This document shows, in pieces, positions 1 through 8,742 of a DNA stretch of 32,044 bases; positions within the stretch are counted from its first letter, which is position 1; each line of letters starts with the position of its first letter. Source of the DNA: Thermoflexales bacterium (GTDB taxonomy: Bacteria; Chloroflexota; Anaerolineae; B4-G1; DUEL01); the NCBI GenBank assembly GCA_037445395.1, contig JBBIKR010000023.1, forward strand, positions 1 through 32,044. The letters run 5' to 3'. The translations under genes were made by a program, and so were the position numbers. Under the pieces are notes generated by a model. That model saw only the letters and a list, made by a program, of their open reading frames with translations. It ran no database searches and had not been told where the DNA came from.

Positions 1-81
1 CTGATGGGAATGGACGAAATGCGGGCAATCCGCGCGATGCTGAGGCGGTCTACTGAGGGGAACCATTCCTACACCCGATGA
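1..81 (+). CDS. possible 3' end of a convergent gene (partial)
   Basis: Frame 1 is open from the window edge to TGA at 79-81 ([16 protein letters not shown]...), overlapping the oppF stop; too short to identify. Confidence 0.3.
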   Translation: MMGMDEMRAIRAMLRRSTEGNHSYTR

Positions 82-1049
82 CAGGCCACCCAGTGGCCCC
101 CGCCGACGTCCCGCCAGGAGGGCTCTTCATCGGGACACTGAGAGGCGAACGGGCATCGGGTGCGGAACCGGCATCCCGGCGGTGGATTGACCGGGCTGGG
201 AACGTCCCCCTCCAGAATGATGCGCCGACGGGTTCGCTCCACTTTCGGGTCCGGCACCGGGGCGGCCGAGAGCAACGCCTGGGTGTACGGGTGGATGGGG
301 TGGTCGTAAAGTTCGTCCTTGGGGGCCAGTTCCACAATCCGGCCCAGATACATCACCGCCACCCGGTCGCAGATATGCCGGACCATGCTCAGGTCGTGGG
401 CGATGAAGAGATACGTCAGCCCCAACTGGTCCTGCAGGTCTTCCAGCAGGTTCACAATCTGGGCCTGGATGGAGACGTCCAGCGCCGAGATGGGCTCGTC
501 GCAGACGATGAATTCGGGATTGGAGGCCAGGGCCCGGGCGATGCCGATGCGCTGCCGCTGGCCACCGGAGAACTCGTGGGGATAGCGGTTGATGAACCGG
601 GGGTTGAGTTGCACCAGACGGAGCAACTCCTGAACCCGCTCTACCTCCTCTTTGCGGGAGGAGACCAGTTTGTGCACCCGAAGAGGCTCACCGATAATGC
701 GGGCGATGGTCATCCGCGGGTTCAGGGAGGCGAAGGGGTCCTGGAAGACGATCTGCATTCGGCGGCGCATCCGGCGCAGGGCCTCGCCTTTCAGAGCGGT
801 GAGGTCGGCCCCGTCAAAAATCACGCGCCCGGCGGTTGGGCGGTAGAGGAGCAGGATAGTGCGCCCGGCCGTCGTTTTTCCGCAGCCGCTCTCCCCCACC
901 AAACCCAACGTCTCCCCGCGATAAATGTCAAAGGTAAGGCCGTCCACAGCCTGCACCGCCCCCACCTGCCGCTGGATGAGGATGCCGCGGGTGATGGGGA
1001 AGTATTTCTTCAACCCCTCTACTCGGACCAGCGCAATGTCTTCTTTCAT
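69..1049 (-). CDS. oppF: oligopeptide/dipeptide ABC transporter ATP-binding subunit (OppF/DppF)
   Basis: Walker [17 protein letters not shown] signature, [10 protein letters not shown]-terminal [17 protein letters not shown]; ATG at 1049 overlaps the oppD stop (ATGA). Confidence 0.93.
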   Translation of the reverse strand: MKEDIALVRVEGLKKYFPITRGILIQRQVGAVQAVDGLTFDIYRGETLGLVGESGCGKTTAGRTILLLYRPTAGRVIFDGADLTALKGEALRRMRRRMQIVFQDPFASLNPRMTIARIIGEPLRVHKLVSSRKEEVERVQELLRLVQLNPRFINRYPHEFSGGQRQRIGIARALASNPEFIVCDEPISALDVSIQAQIVNLLEDLQDQLGLTYLFIAHDLSMVRHICDRVAVMYLGRIVELAPKDELYDHPIHPYTQALLSAAPVPDPKVERTRRRIILEGDVPSPVNPPPGCRFRTRCPFASQCPDEEPSWRDVGGGHWVACHRV

Positions 1050-2014
1050 ACGTCCACCCAGCAGGCAATCTCGTGTTCGGGGCCGACGGGCCGAAGGGAC
1101 GGCCGCTCCTGCCGACAGCCCTCCTGTACGAACATGCACCGGGGGGCGAAGGGACAGCCCTCAGGCAGGCGGAGCAGGTCCGGCGGCAACCCGCCGATGG
1201 TCGCCAGCCGGTCTCCAACGGAACGGTCTACTCTGGGGAGAGAGCGCAGAAGCGCCAGCGTGTACGGGTGGCGCGGGTCGCCGTAAATATCGTCTACCCG
1301 CCCCTTCTCCACAATGAAGCCCGCGTACATCACCAGCACCCGCTCCGCCAGACCGGCAATGATGCCCAGGTCGTGGGTGATCCAGATGACAGACATCCCC
1401 AACTGGTCCCGCAACCGCTTGACCAGGTCTATGATCTGGGCCTGGATGGTGACGTCCAGCGCGGTGGTGGGCTCGTCGGCGATGAGGATGCTGGGGTTAC
1501 AGGCCAGCGCCATGGCGATCATCGCCCGCTGACGCATCCCGCCGGAGAACTGGTGGGGGTAATCCTTACAGCGCTCGGCGGCGCCGGGAATACCGACCAT
1601 ACTCAGCAGTTCCGCCGCCCGCGCGTAGGCTTCCTTCCAGGACATCCCCATATGGGTGACCAGCGTTTCGGCGATCTGGCGGCCGATGGTCAGGACGGGG
1701 TTGAAGGCAGTCATCGGGTCCTGGAAGACCATCGCGATTTCCTTGCCGCGAATCTGCTCCATCTGCTCCTCGGTCAACTGAAGCAAATCCTCGCCCCGGT
1801 AAAGGGCCTGACCGGATTCAATCCGGCCCGGCGGCTCCTGGATGAGGCGCATCAGGGCCAGGACGCTGACGCTTTTGCCGCACCCGCTCTCGCCAACAAT
1901 CCCCAGCGTCTCCCCCTCGCCCAGGGTGTAGGAGATGCCATTGACGGCGTGGACGACGCCGTCCAGCGTGTAGAAGCGCACGGTGAAGTCGCGAACATCC
2001 AGCAGGGGAGCCAA
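1046..2014 (-). CDS. oppD: oligopeptide/dipeptide ABC transporter ATP-binding subunit (OppD/DppD)
   Basis: [33 protein letters not shown]; TTG start with GAGGAG RBS. Confidence 0.93.
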   Translation of the reverse strand: MAPLLDVRDFTVRFYTLDGVVHAVNGISYTLGEGETLGIVGESGCGKSVSVLALMRLIQEPPGRIESGQALYRGEDLLQLTEEQMEQIRGKEIAMVFQDPMTAFNPVLTIGRQIAETLVTHMGMSWKEAYARAAELLSMVGIPGAAERCKDYPHQFSGGMRQRAMIAMALACNPSILIADEPTTALDVTIQAQIIDLVKRLRDQLGMSVIWITHDLGIIAGLAERVLVMYAGFIVEKGRVDDIYGDPRHPYTLALLRSLPRVDRSVGDRLATIGGLPPDLLRLPEGCPFAPRCMFVQEGCRQERPSLRPVGPEHEIACWVDV

Positions 2015-2024
2015 GGTCGCCTCC

Positions 2025-2972
2025 TCAGCGGGCCAGGGAGCGGGGGTCCAGCGCGTCCCGCAGCCCGTCGCCGACGAAGTTGATGCTCAGCACCGTCAGC
2101 ACGATCAGAATACCGGGGAAAATCCAGAGCCAGGGGGCCGTCTCAACGTAGTTGTACGCCCCCTCCAGCATATTGCCCCAGGTGGCGGTGGGAGGCTGGA
2201 CGCCCAGGCCCAAGAAACTGATGTAGGCCTCCAGGGTGATGGCGTTGGCGACGCTCAGGGTCGCCGAGACGACAATCGGGGCGATGGCGTTGGGAAGGAT
2301 GTGCTGGAAGATGATCTGCCCTGTCGGTGTTCCGATCGCCCGCGCGGCCAGGATGTACTCGTTCTCCTTGATGGAGAGGAACTCCGCCCGGACGATGCGC
2401 GCCAGGTACATCCAACTGGTCGCCCCGATGATCAGGACGATGACGACGACGCTACCGCTGAAAGTACGGCCGAAGAGGGTGAGGTTGGGCACCCTTCCGC
2501 CGAAGAACTTGGCCATAACCAGGAGCAGGAAGAGTTGGGGGATGTTCAGCATCGCCTCGGTGAAGCGCATCAGGATGCTATCCAGCCAGCGGCCGTAGTA
2601 TCCGGCCAGCGCGCCGATGGTGACGCCGATGACCACCTCCACCAGCATCGCGGTCAGGCCGATGAGCAGCGAAATCTGCCCGCCGTAGATGGTGCGGGCC
2701 AGGATGTCCCGCCCGACGGTGTCGGTGCCGAAGGGGTGTGCGCGGGAAGGGGGCTGGAGGCGCATCACCGTATCGGTGAGGTTGGCATACGCTTCGGTAA
2801 AGAAGAGGGTGCCGCCCAGGGAATAGAGGACCAGCAGAAAGAGCACGACCAGGCCGAATAGGGCCATTTTGTGGCGGCGGAAGCGGCGCCAGAACAACTG
2901 TCGCAGGGTCAGAGGCGGCGCCTCGGCCTCTTCCAGCGGCATCAGGGCAGGAATCGCAGTTTCAGCGCTCAT
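2025..2972 (-). CDS. oppC: oligopeptide ABC transporter permease (OppC/DppC)
   Basis: WRRFRRHK N-terminal motif, HPFGTDTVGRD, EYILAARAIG EAA loop, GDGLRDALDPR. Confidence 0.93.
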   Translation of the reverse strand: MSAETAIPALMPLEEAEAPPLTLRQLFWRRFRRHKMALFGLVVLFLLVLYSLGGTLFFTEAYANLTDTVMRLQPPSRAHPFGTDTVGRDILARTIYGGQISLLIGLTAMLVEVVIGVTIGALAGYYGRWLDSILMRFTEAMLNIPQLFLLLVMAKFFGGRVPNLTLFGRTFSGSVVVIVLIIGATSWMYLARIVRAEFLSIKENEYILAARAIGTPTGQIIFQHILPNAIAPIVVSATLSVANAITLEAYISFLGLGVQPPTATWGNMLEGAYNYVETAPWLWIFPGILIVLTVLSINFVGDGLRDALDPRSLAR

Positions 2973-2996
2973 AGGGTGCGTTCAATCGGAGAGTTG

Positions 2997-3027
2997 TTTT
3001 TGCGGCGGCCTTCGGCCGCCGCAAAAA
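2997..3027. repeat. perfect 14-bp hairpin, REP/terminator-like
   Basis: TTTTTGCGGCGGCC-TTC-GGCCGCCGCAAAAA; near-identical copy at 8709-8735. Confidence 0.8.
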
Positions 3028-3033
3028 TCTCAT

Positions 3034-4065
3034 CTATTCATATCGGATCCGGGGGTCCAGCCAGGCATAGACGATGTCGGTGATGAGTTGGAAGACCACC
3101 ACCGCGACGGCGATCATCATCAGGATGCCCATGACCACCGGGGTGTCGCCCCGGGAGACGTGGTCCAGGAACAGGCGGCCCATGCCGGGCCAGGCGAAAA
3201 TCCGTTCGGTGACGATGGCCCCCGCCAGCAGGAAGGGCAGGTCCAGACCGACCACCGTCACAATGGGAAGGGAGGCGTTTTTCAGGGCGTGGATGAAGAT
3301 GATGGTCGGGCGAGGCAACCCTTTGGCGCGGGCGGTGCGGATGTAGTCCTGGCTCAACACTTCCAGCATCGCGCTGCGGATGTAGCGGCTGTAGGCGGCG
3401 AAGTAGATGAACGAGAGGCTGAAGACCGGCAGGACCATGTGGAGGGCCACCTGACCGGGCGTCTTTCCCACTTCGGGGTCAAACATCCCCACCGTGGGAA
3501 GGTAGGGCAATCCCCACTGTTTGAATTTGACGGCGAAGATGTACATGGAGAGCAGGGCGACGAAGAAGATGGGCATGGAATAGCCGACGAAGGCGATGGC
3601 GGTGATCAGGTGGTCAAAGAAGGAGTACTGGCGGAGGGCCGAGTACATCCCGATGAGCAGAGAGCCAACAATGATGACCAGTTCGGTGACGCCCATCAGG
3701 AGCAGGGTATTGGGCAGACGGTCCCCGATGACCTGCACCACCGGCTTCTTGGCGACCAGGGAGACGCCGAAATCGCCGCGCAGGACCCCCTTGCGGCGGC
3801 CCGGCGTCTCCGGGACGCCGTCGCCGTCCAGGTCCATCTTCGTCCAGTCGTTGCCGATGAGCCAGTAGAGGTACTGCATGTAGAGGGGCTGGTCCAGCCC
3901 CAACTGACGGGCCAGCCGCTGGCGGTCTTCGGAGCGGGTGACCTGGCGCCCGCCCAGCGTGGCCAGCGGGTCGCCCATGTTCTGCATCAGCACGAAGAGG
4001 ATGACGCTGATGATGAACAACAGCGGGATGGCCTGAAGCAGCCGGCGGATGATATAGCGCAGCAT
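3034..4065 (-). CDS. oppB: oligopeptide ABC transporter permease (OppB/DppB)
   Basis: MLRYIIRRLL start, GLDQPLYMQY, DYIRTARAKGL, DIVYAWLDPRI. Confidence 0.93.
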   Translation of the reverse strand: MLRYIIRRLLQAIPLLFIISVILFVLMQNMGDPLATLGGRQVTRSEDRQRLARQLGLDQPLYMQYLYWLIGNDWTKMDLDGDGVPETPGRRKGVLRGDFGVSLVAKKPVVQVIGDRLPNTLLLMGVTELVIIVGSLLIGMYSALRQYSFFDHLITAIAFVGYSMPIFFVALLSMYIFAVKFKQWGLPYLPTVGMFDPEVGKTPGQVALHMVLPVFSLSFIYFAAYSRYIRSAMLEVLSQDYIRTARAKGLPRPTIIFIHALKNASLPIVTVVGLDLPFLLAGAIVTERIFAWPGMGRLFLDHVSRGDTPVVMGILMMIAVAVVVFQLITDIVYAWLDPRIRYE

Positions 4066-4099
4066 CAGCCTGACCTGGAGCAAGGATTGGCAGGGTAGC

Positions 4100-4132
4100 A
4101 GGGTGGCCGAAGGCTTTGCCTTCGGCCACCCT
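4100..4132. repeat. perfect 15-bp hairpin between oppA and oppB
   Basis: AGGGTGGCCGAAGGC-TTT-GCCTTCGGCCACCCT; each arm contains a GCC-GAA-GGC mini-hairpin. Confidence 0.8.
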
Positions 4133-4149
4133 TCAAGCACCCCGTTCGT

Positions 4150-5850
4150 TTACTGGCTCAGGTCCCACTCCACGATGTTGAAGAACGGCGTCGCGCCGGA
4201 GAGGCGGACGTTCTTCAGGCGCGGGCCCACCGCCCAGATGTCCGGGTCCTCCCAGACGCCCAGCCAGTAGACCTTCTCGTAGATGAGACGGGTGATCTTG
4301 TGGAAGGTCTGCTGCCGCTCGGCGGGGTCCACCTGGGTGGCCTGCAACTGGAAGAGTCCGTCCAGTTCCTCGTCGCAGACGGATTGCCAGTTCACGCCGG
4401 AGGGGTTCTCGTCGCTGGGGATTTCGCTGCAGAGCCAGTCGGCAGTTTCGGGGTCGGGGTAGTTGGTGACGGTGGAGTACTCAAAGATGTCGTACTGGCC
4501 GGTGGCGCAGGGGCCGCCTTCGCCGTAACTGCCGAAGAAGATGTCGGAGTCGGCATTGGCCAGTTCCAGTTTGATCCCCACCTGGGCCAGTTGCTGCTGG
4601 GCCACCGCCTGGACGTCCCGGCGAATCTCGCGGGTCGTGGTGCCCAGGGTCAGCACCAGTTCCACGCCGTCCTTATCCCGCACACCGTCGCCGTTGGTGT
4701 CCTTCCAGCCCGCCTCGTCCAGCAACTGTTTGGCCCGCTCCGGGTCGTAGGGCCAGGGCTCCAGCGTCGGGTCCTGCCAGGGGGTGTTGGCCCAGTAGGT
4801 GGCCGGAGGCTTGGTCAGGCCCAGCAGGAGGTCCTTGCAGATGGAGAAGCGGTCAAAGGCCAGGGCAATGGCCTGCCGGACCCGCACGTCCTTGAGCGCC
4901 GGATGTCCCTTCTCCGGGTGCAGGTAGAAGTACCAGCCCTCGTTGTAGCCGGAGAAGACCTTGACCATCTGGACACCGGCCTGCTCCAGGGTGGGGATGT
5001 CGGAATAGGCGATGAAGGTGCCCAGGTCGCCGTCGCCGACCTTCAGCGCCGCCACCTGGGAGGCGTCGTCGGGAACGATGCGGATGAAGATTTCGTCAAT
5101 CTTGGGCCGGCCCAGCCAGTACTTCTCGTTGGCCACGAAGCGGATGAAGGAGCCGGACTCCCACTCCTGGAAGACGAAGGGGCCGCAACCGACGGTGGGC
5201 GCGCGGTTCCACTCGGCGGTATCAATGGTCCCTTCCTTCTCAAAGACGGGGCGCAGGATGTGGGCGGGCAGGAGGCCGTGCCAGAGGGTCGCCTGCCAGG
5301 CGGCGAAGGGCTCCTTGAAGGTCATCACTACCGTCTGAGCGTCGGGGGCTTCCACCTTCTCCAGTTTGTCGTACGGGAAGGTGGAGGCGACGGTGTTCTT
5401 GGGGTTCATCGTCATCTCATAGGTGAAGACGAAGTCCTCGGAGGTGATGGGCGTCCCATCGGACCAGACGATGTCGTCCCGCAGTTTCAGGGTGATGATC
5501 TTGCCATCGGGGGAGATGCCGCCGTTCTCCACGCTGGGCATCTCTTTGACCAGGACCGGATGGGGGTTGTTCTGGTCGTCAAAATCCCAGGCCCAGCAGT
5601 TCCAGATTTGCTGGGTGATGGAGGAGAACCACATGTTGGTGTAGAGGGGGTTGAGGACATCCGGTTCCTGGGTCCAGATGAAGGTGGCGACTTTGCGAGC
5701 AGGCGGCTGGGTGGGCGCCGCGGTCGGCGCAGGCGGCTGGGTGGCCGCCGGTGGCGGTGTCGTCGGAGTGACGGCAGGTTTACAGCCAGCAAGCAGGAGG
5801 GCCGCTATCACCGTCGCGGCCACGAGCAGGAAGAACCGGTTCTGCTTCAT
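4150..5850 (-). CDS. oppA: peptide ABC transporter substrate-binding lipoprotein (SBP family 5)
   Basis: Lipobox LAGC, Pro/Ala/Thr linker, KLRDDIVWSDGTPITSEDFVFT family-5 motif; AGGAGGAG RBS. Confidence 0.9.
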   Translation of the reverse strand: MKQNRFFLLVAATVIAALLLAGCKPAVTPTTPPPAATQPPAPTAAPTQPPARKVATFIWTQEPDVLNPLYTNMWFSSITQQIWNCWAWDFDDQNNPHPVLVKEMPSVENGGISPDGKIITLKLRDDIVWSDGTPITSEDFVFTYEMTMNPKNTVASTFPYDKLEKVEAPDAQTVVMTFKEPFAAWQATLWHGLLPAHILRPVFEKEGTIDTAEWNRAPTVGCGPFVFQEWESGSFIRFVANEKYWLGRPKIDEIFIRIVPDDASQVAALKVGDGDLGTFIAYSDIPTLEQAGVQMVKVFSGYNEGWYFYLHPEKGHPALKDVRVRQAIALAFDRFSICKDLLLGLTKPPATYWANTPWQDPTLEPWPYDPERAKQLLDEAGWKDTNGDGVRDKDGVELVLTLGTTTREIRRDVQAVAQQQLAQVGIKLELANADSDIFFGSYGEGGPCATGQYDIFEYSTVTNYPDPETADWLCSEIPSDENPSGVNWQSVCDEELDGLFQLQATQVDPAERQQTFHKITRLIYEKVYWLGVWEDPDIWAVGPRLKNVRLSGATPFFNIVEWDLSQ

Positions 5851-6051
5851 TTCTCCTCCTTTCTGTTATTTGTGGGGATTCGGGTAATGACGAGAGAATC
5901 GGATCGCCAGCGTTTTGTCTGCAGGCACCACCCCCTTTCCGATAACTACTCGCCGAGAATCCGGTTTAACTGATCAACCAATCTTCCCTGGGCAGGGTGA
6001 TTTTGGCTCTCATAACCGGCCCCCATAGAGAGGAAAACACCGACGGGCAGG

Positions 6052-6139
6052 CGGAGGGGGTGGGATTCGAACCCACGGTGACCACAAGGGCCACAGCGGT
6101 TTTCGAGACCGCCCCGATCGTCCACTCCGGCACCCCTCC
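6052..6139 (-). tRNA. tRNA-Ser (anticodon CGA)
   Basis: Acceptor GGAGGGG/CCCCTCC, anticodon arm GCGGT-CTCGAAA-ACCGC, long variable arm, GGTTCGAATCC T-arm, G discriminator; genome continues CCT, so CCA is not fully encoded. Confidence 0.97.
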
Positions 6140-6149
6140 GGTGGAAAAC

Positions 6150-6177
6150 ATTATAGCACAGTACAGAGAGCCTGCAA
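6150..6177 (-). promoter_or_regulatory. sigma70 promoter for tRNA-Ser
   Basis: TTGCAG-N16-TATAAT with extended -10 TGc, about 10 nt upstream of the tRNA 5' end. Confidence 0.75.
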
Positions 6178-6208
6178 CTCAAGGGCCGTCCTGGCAAGCC
6201 AACGCCGC

Positions 6209-6237
6209 TTGACGGGAAACTGGAAATCCGGTAAAAT
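6209..6237 (+). promoter_or_regulatory. sigma70 promoter for hppA
   Basis: TTGACG-N17-TAAAAT. Confidence 0.75.
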
Positions 6238-6259
6238 CTCTCTGTCCCCCATCGAAACA

Positions 6260-6295
6260 AGGGTGTGACGGAACAGAGAGGCTCCGTCGCACCCT
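6260..6295 (+). repeat. 13-bp hairpin in hppA leader
   Basis: AGGGTGTGACGGA-N10-TCCGTCGCACCCT with one G-U pair. Confidence 0.65.
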
Positions 6296-6323
6296 GTGAA
6301 TTCTATTCCCAATGGAGGCACCC

Positions 6324-8669
6324 GTGAAGGAACTGAGCACCCTGGAACAAGGCATGCTCTACGGCGTCATCGCCACGGCCATCGTCGGCCTCCTCTACGC
6401 CCTCTGGCTCTGGCGCGATACGGTGTGCCGGGACAAGGGGAGCCAGAAGATGCAGGACGTGTGGCAGGCGATTAAGGTAGGGGCTGAGGCCTACCTGCGA
6501 CGCCAGCTCCAGACCATCCTCCCCATCCTCGGCTTGCTGGTCGTCCTCCTCTTCCTCAGCGTCTACGTGATTGCGCCCTCCCGCGAGGCCTACGAACTCT
6601 TCGGCGAGCGGGCCCGGCTGGCCCTGGGGCTGGGACGGGCGGGCGCCTTCATCCTCGGGGCCACCTTCTCCCTGCTGGTGGGCCAACTGGGGATGCGGGT
6701 CGCCATTGAGGGCAACGTCCGGGTGACCGCTGAGGCGGTGCGCGGCAGTTACAACGGCGCGCTCACCGTTGCCTACCGGGCCGGCACCTTCACCGGTATG
6801 CTCACCGACGGCCTGGGGCTTCTGGGCGGCACCATCATCTTCATGATTTTCGGCCGCGCCGCTCCGGATGCCCTCCTGGGCTTCGGCTTCGGCGGCACCC
6901 TCCTGGCCCTCTTCATGCGGATCGGCGGCGGCATCTACACCAAGTCCGCCGACGTCGGGGCCGACCTGGTGGGGAAGGTGGAGGCCGGAGTGCCGGAGGA
7001 CGACCCCCGCAACGCGGCCGTCGTCGCCGACCTGGTGGGGGACAACGTCGGCGACTGCGCCGGGATGGCCGCCGACATCTTTGAATCCTACGAGGTCACC
7101 ATTGTCTCCACCCTGATCCTGGGCATCGCCCTGGCCCACGTCACCGGGGAGATTGTCTGGATCGTCTACCCGCTGATCGTGCGGGCCATCGGGGTCATCT
7201 CCTCCATTCTGGGGACGTTCACCGTCCCCATCTGGGAGCGGTTCCCGCTGAAGTTCCTGCGCGCCCGGGATGCCGAGGAGGCGATGTTCCGCTCCTACGA
7301 GGTATCCAGCGTCAACACCGTCCTCTGGTCCTTCCTCTTCGCCTGGTGGTACGCCCACGACTGGCGGCTGGCCCTCCTGAACGCGGTCGGCGTCGGACTG
7401 GCAGTCAGTTTCAACCCCATCACCTCCTACTTCACCTCCGCCAAGCGCAAGCCGGTCCAGGAGATCGTGCAATCCACCCGCACCGGCTCCGCCACCACCG
7501 TCCTCTCCGGCCTCTCGGTGGGGATGGAGACCAGCGTCTGGAGCGTGCTGGTAATCTGCATCACGATGGGTATCTCCTACCTGATCGCCCGCCTCTTCCC
7601 GCCCGCCAACATCCAGGCCCTGGGCGAGCAGGGGGTGATCCTGTATATGCTCTACGGCGTGGCGATGGTCGGCATCGGGATGCTCTCCCACACCGGCAAC
7701 AACGTGGCGATGGACTCCTACGGCCCCATCGCCGACAATGCCAACGGCATCGCCGAGATGGTGGGCGTGGACCCCAAAGCGATGCACATCATGGCCGAAC
7801 TGGACGCGGTGGGGAACACGACAAAGGCCATCACCAAGCAGATTGCCATCGCGTCGGCGGTCATCGCGGCGACCAGTTTGTTCTTCTCCTTCGTCACCGA
7901 CGTCTCGCTGGTGCAGGAGCGGCTGGGGGTGCCGGTTCAACAGTGGCTCCTTTCTACCGGCATCCGGGTCTCCCTGCTGGAGGGGGTCATCGGCTTCCTG
8001 ATCGGCGGGGCGCTGCCGTTCTTCTTCTCCGCCTTCGCCCTGCGGGCGGTGAGCCGGGGCGCGTCGCTGGTGGTGGAGGAGGTACGGCGCCAGTTCCGCA
8101 TCCCCGGCGTGATGGAGGGGAAGGTGAAGCCCGACTACGGGAAGGTCGTCGCCATCACCACCGCCGCCGCGCAGAAGGAACTGGTCAGCCTGGTCGTCCT
8201 CTCGGTGACCCTGCCGCTCCTGGTGGGGATACTCTTCCAGGTGGAGGCGCTGGGGGCGTTCCTGGCGGGGGTCATCCTCTCCGGGCAACTGCTGGCGGTC
8301 TTCATGGCCATCGCCGGAGGCGCGATGGACAACGCCAAGAAGCACATTGAGGACGGCCACCTGGGCGGGAAGGGCTCCGAGCCGCACAAGGCCAGCGTCG
8401 TCGGCGACACGGTGGGTGACCCGCTGAAGGACACGGCGGGCCCGGCCCTCAACCCGATGATCAAGGTGGTCAACCTGGTGAGTCTGCTGGCGGCGCCGCT
8501 GCTGGTGCAGTACCGGGACCACCCCATTCCGCTGGCGGTGACCGGGGTGATTCTGGTGGTCCTGCTGGTCTGGGCCATCGGGCAGAGCCGACGGAGCCTG
8601 GAGGTGCCCGGCAGTGCCCCGGTGGAGACGGCGGCTGCGACCCTTCCCGGCGGCAGCGACGGCGAATAA
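6324..8669 (+). CDS. hppA: membrane H+-translocating pyrophosphatase, K+-independent type
   Basis: GGGIYTKSADVGADLVGKVE, EDDPRN, DNVGD, GNTTKAIT, GDTVGDPLKD; GTG at 6324 follows GGAGG (alternative ATG at 6312). Confidence 0.95.
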   Translation: MKELSTLEQGMLYGVIATAIVGLLYALWLWRDTVCRDKGSQKMQDVWQAIKVGAEAYLRRQLQTILPILGLLVVLLFLSVYVIAPSREAYELFGERARLALGLGRAGAFILGATFSLLVGQLGMRVAIEGNVRVTAEAVRGSYNGALTVAYRAGTFTGMLTDGLGLLGGTIIFMIFGRAAPDALLGFGFGGTLLALFMRIGGGIYTKSADVGADLVGKVEAGVPEDDPRNAAVVADLVGDNVGDCAGMAADIFESYEVTIVSTLILGIALAHVTGEIVWIVYPLIVRAIGVISSILGTFTVPIWERFPLKFLRARDAEEAMFRSYEVSSVNTVLWSFLFAWWYAHDWRLALLNAVGVGLAVSFNPITSYFTSAKRKPVQEIVQSTRTGSATTVLSGLSVGMETSVWSVLVICITMGISYLIARLFPPANIQALGEQGVILYMLYGVAMVGIGMLSHTGNNVAMDSYGPIADNANGIAEMVGVDPKAMHIMAELDAVGNTTKAITKQIAIASAVIAATSLFFSFVTDVSLVQERLGVPVQQWLLSTGIRVSLLEGVIGFLIGGALPFFFSAFALRAVSRGASLVVEEVRRQFRIPGVMEGKVKPDYGKVVAITTAAAQKELVSLVVLSVTLPLLVGILFQVEALGAFLAGVILSGQLLAVFMAIAGGAMDNAKKHIEDGHLGGKGSEPHKASVVGDTVGDPLKDTAGPALNPMIKVVNLVSLLAAPLLVQYRDHPIPLAVTGVILVVLLVWAIGQSRRSLEVPGSAPVETAAATLPGGSDGE

Positions 8670-8704
8670 CCGCGGCTCTTATCCCCTGCGGGGAGTGAAG
8701 GGAG

Positions 8705-8740
8705 GGGGTTTGCGGCGGCTTCAGGCCGCCGCAAAACCCC
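8705..8740. terminator. bidirectional hairpin between convergent genes (same family as 2997-3027)
   Basis: TTTGCGGCGGC-TTCAG-GCCGCCGCAAA flanked by GGGG/CCCC. Confidence 0.7.
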
Positions 8741-8742
8741 TT

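Noticed and set aside
6030-6075. tRNA-Ser 3' end as an att site for the recombinase
   Set aside because: I saw no duplicated tRNA end in the window, flanks are housekeeping genes, and the recombinase lacks its catalytic Tyr.
5946-6260. Small ORFs spanning the tRNA
   Set aside because: Explained by the tRNA and its promoters.
6303-8522. Long antisense or alternate-frame ORFs (739 aa here; also 4300-5973, 12150-13841, 23718-25436, 25120-26940)
   Set aside because: Shadow ORFs of high-GC genes with clear identity; no recognisable motifs.
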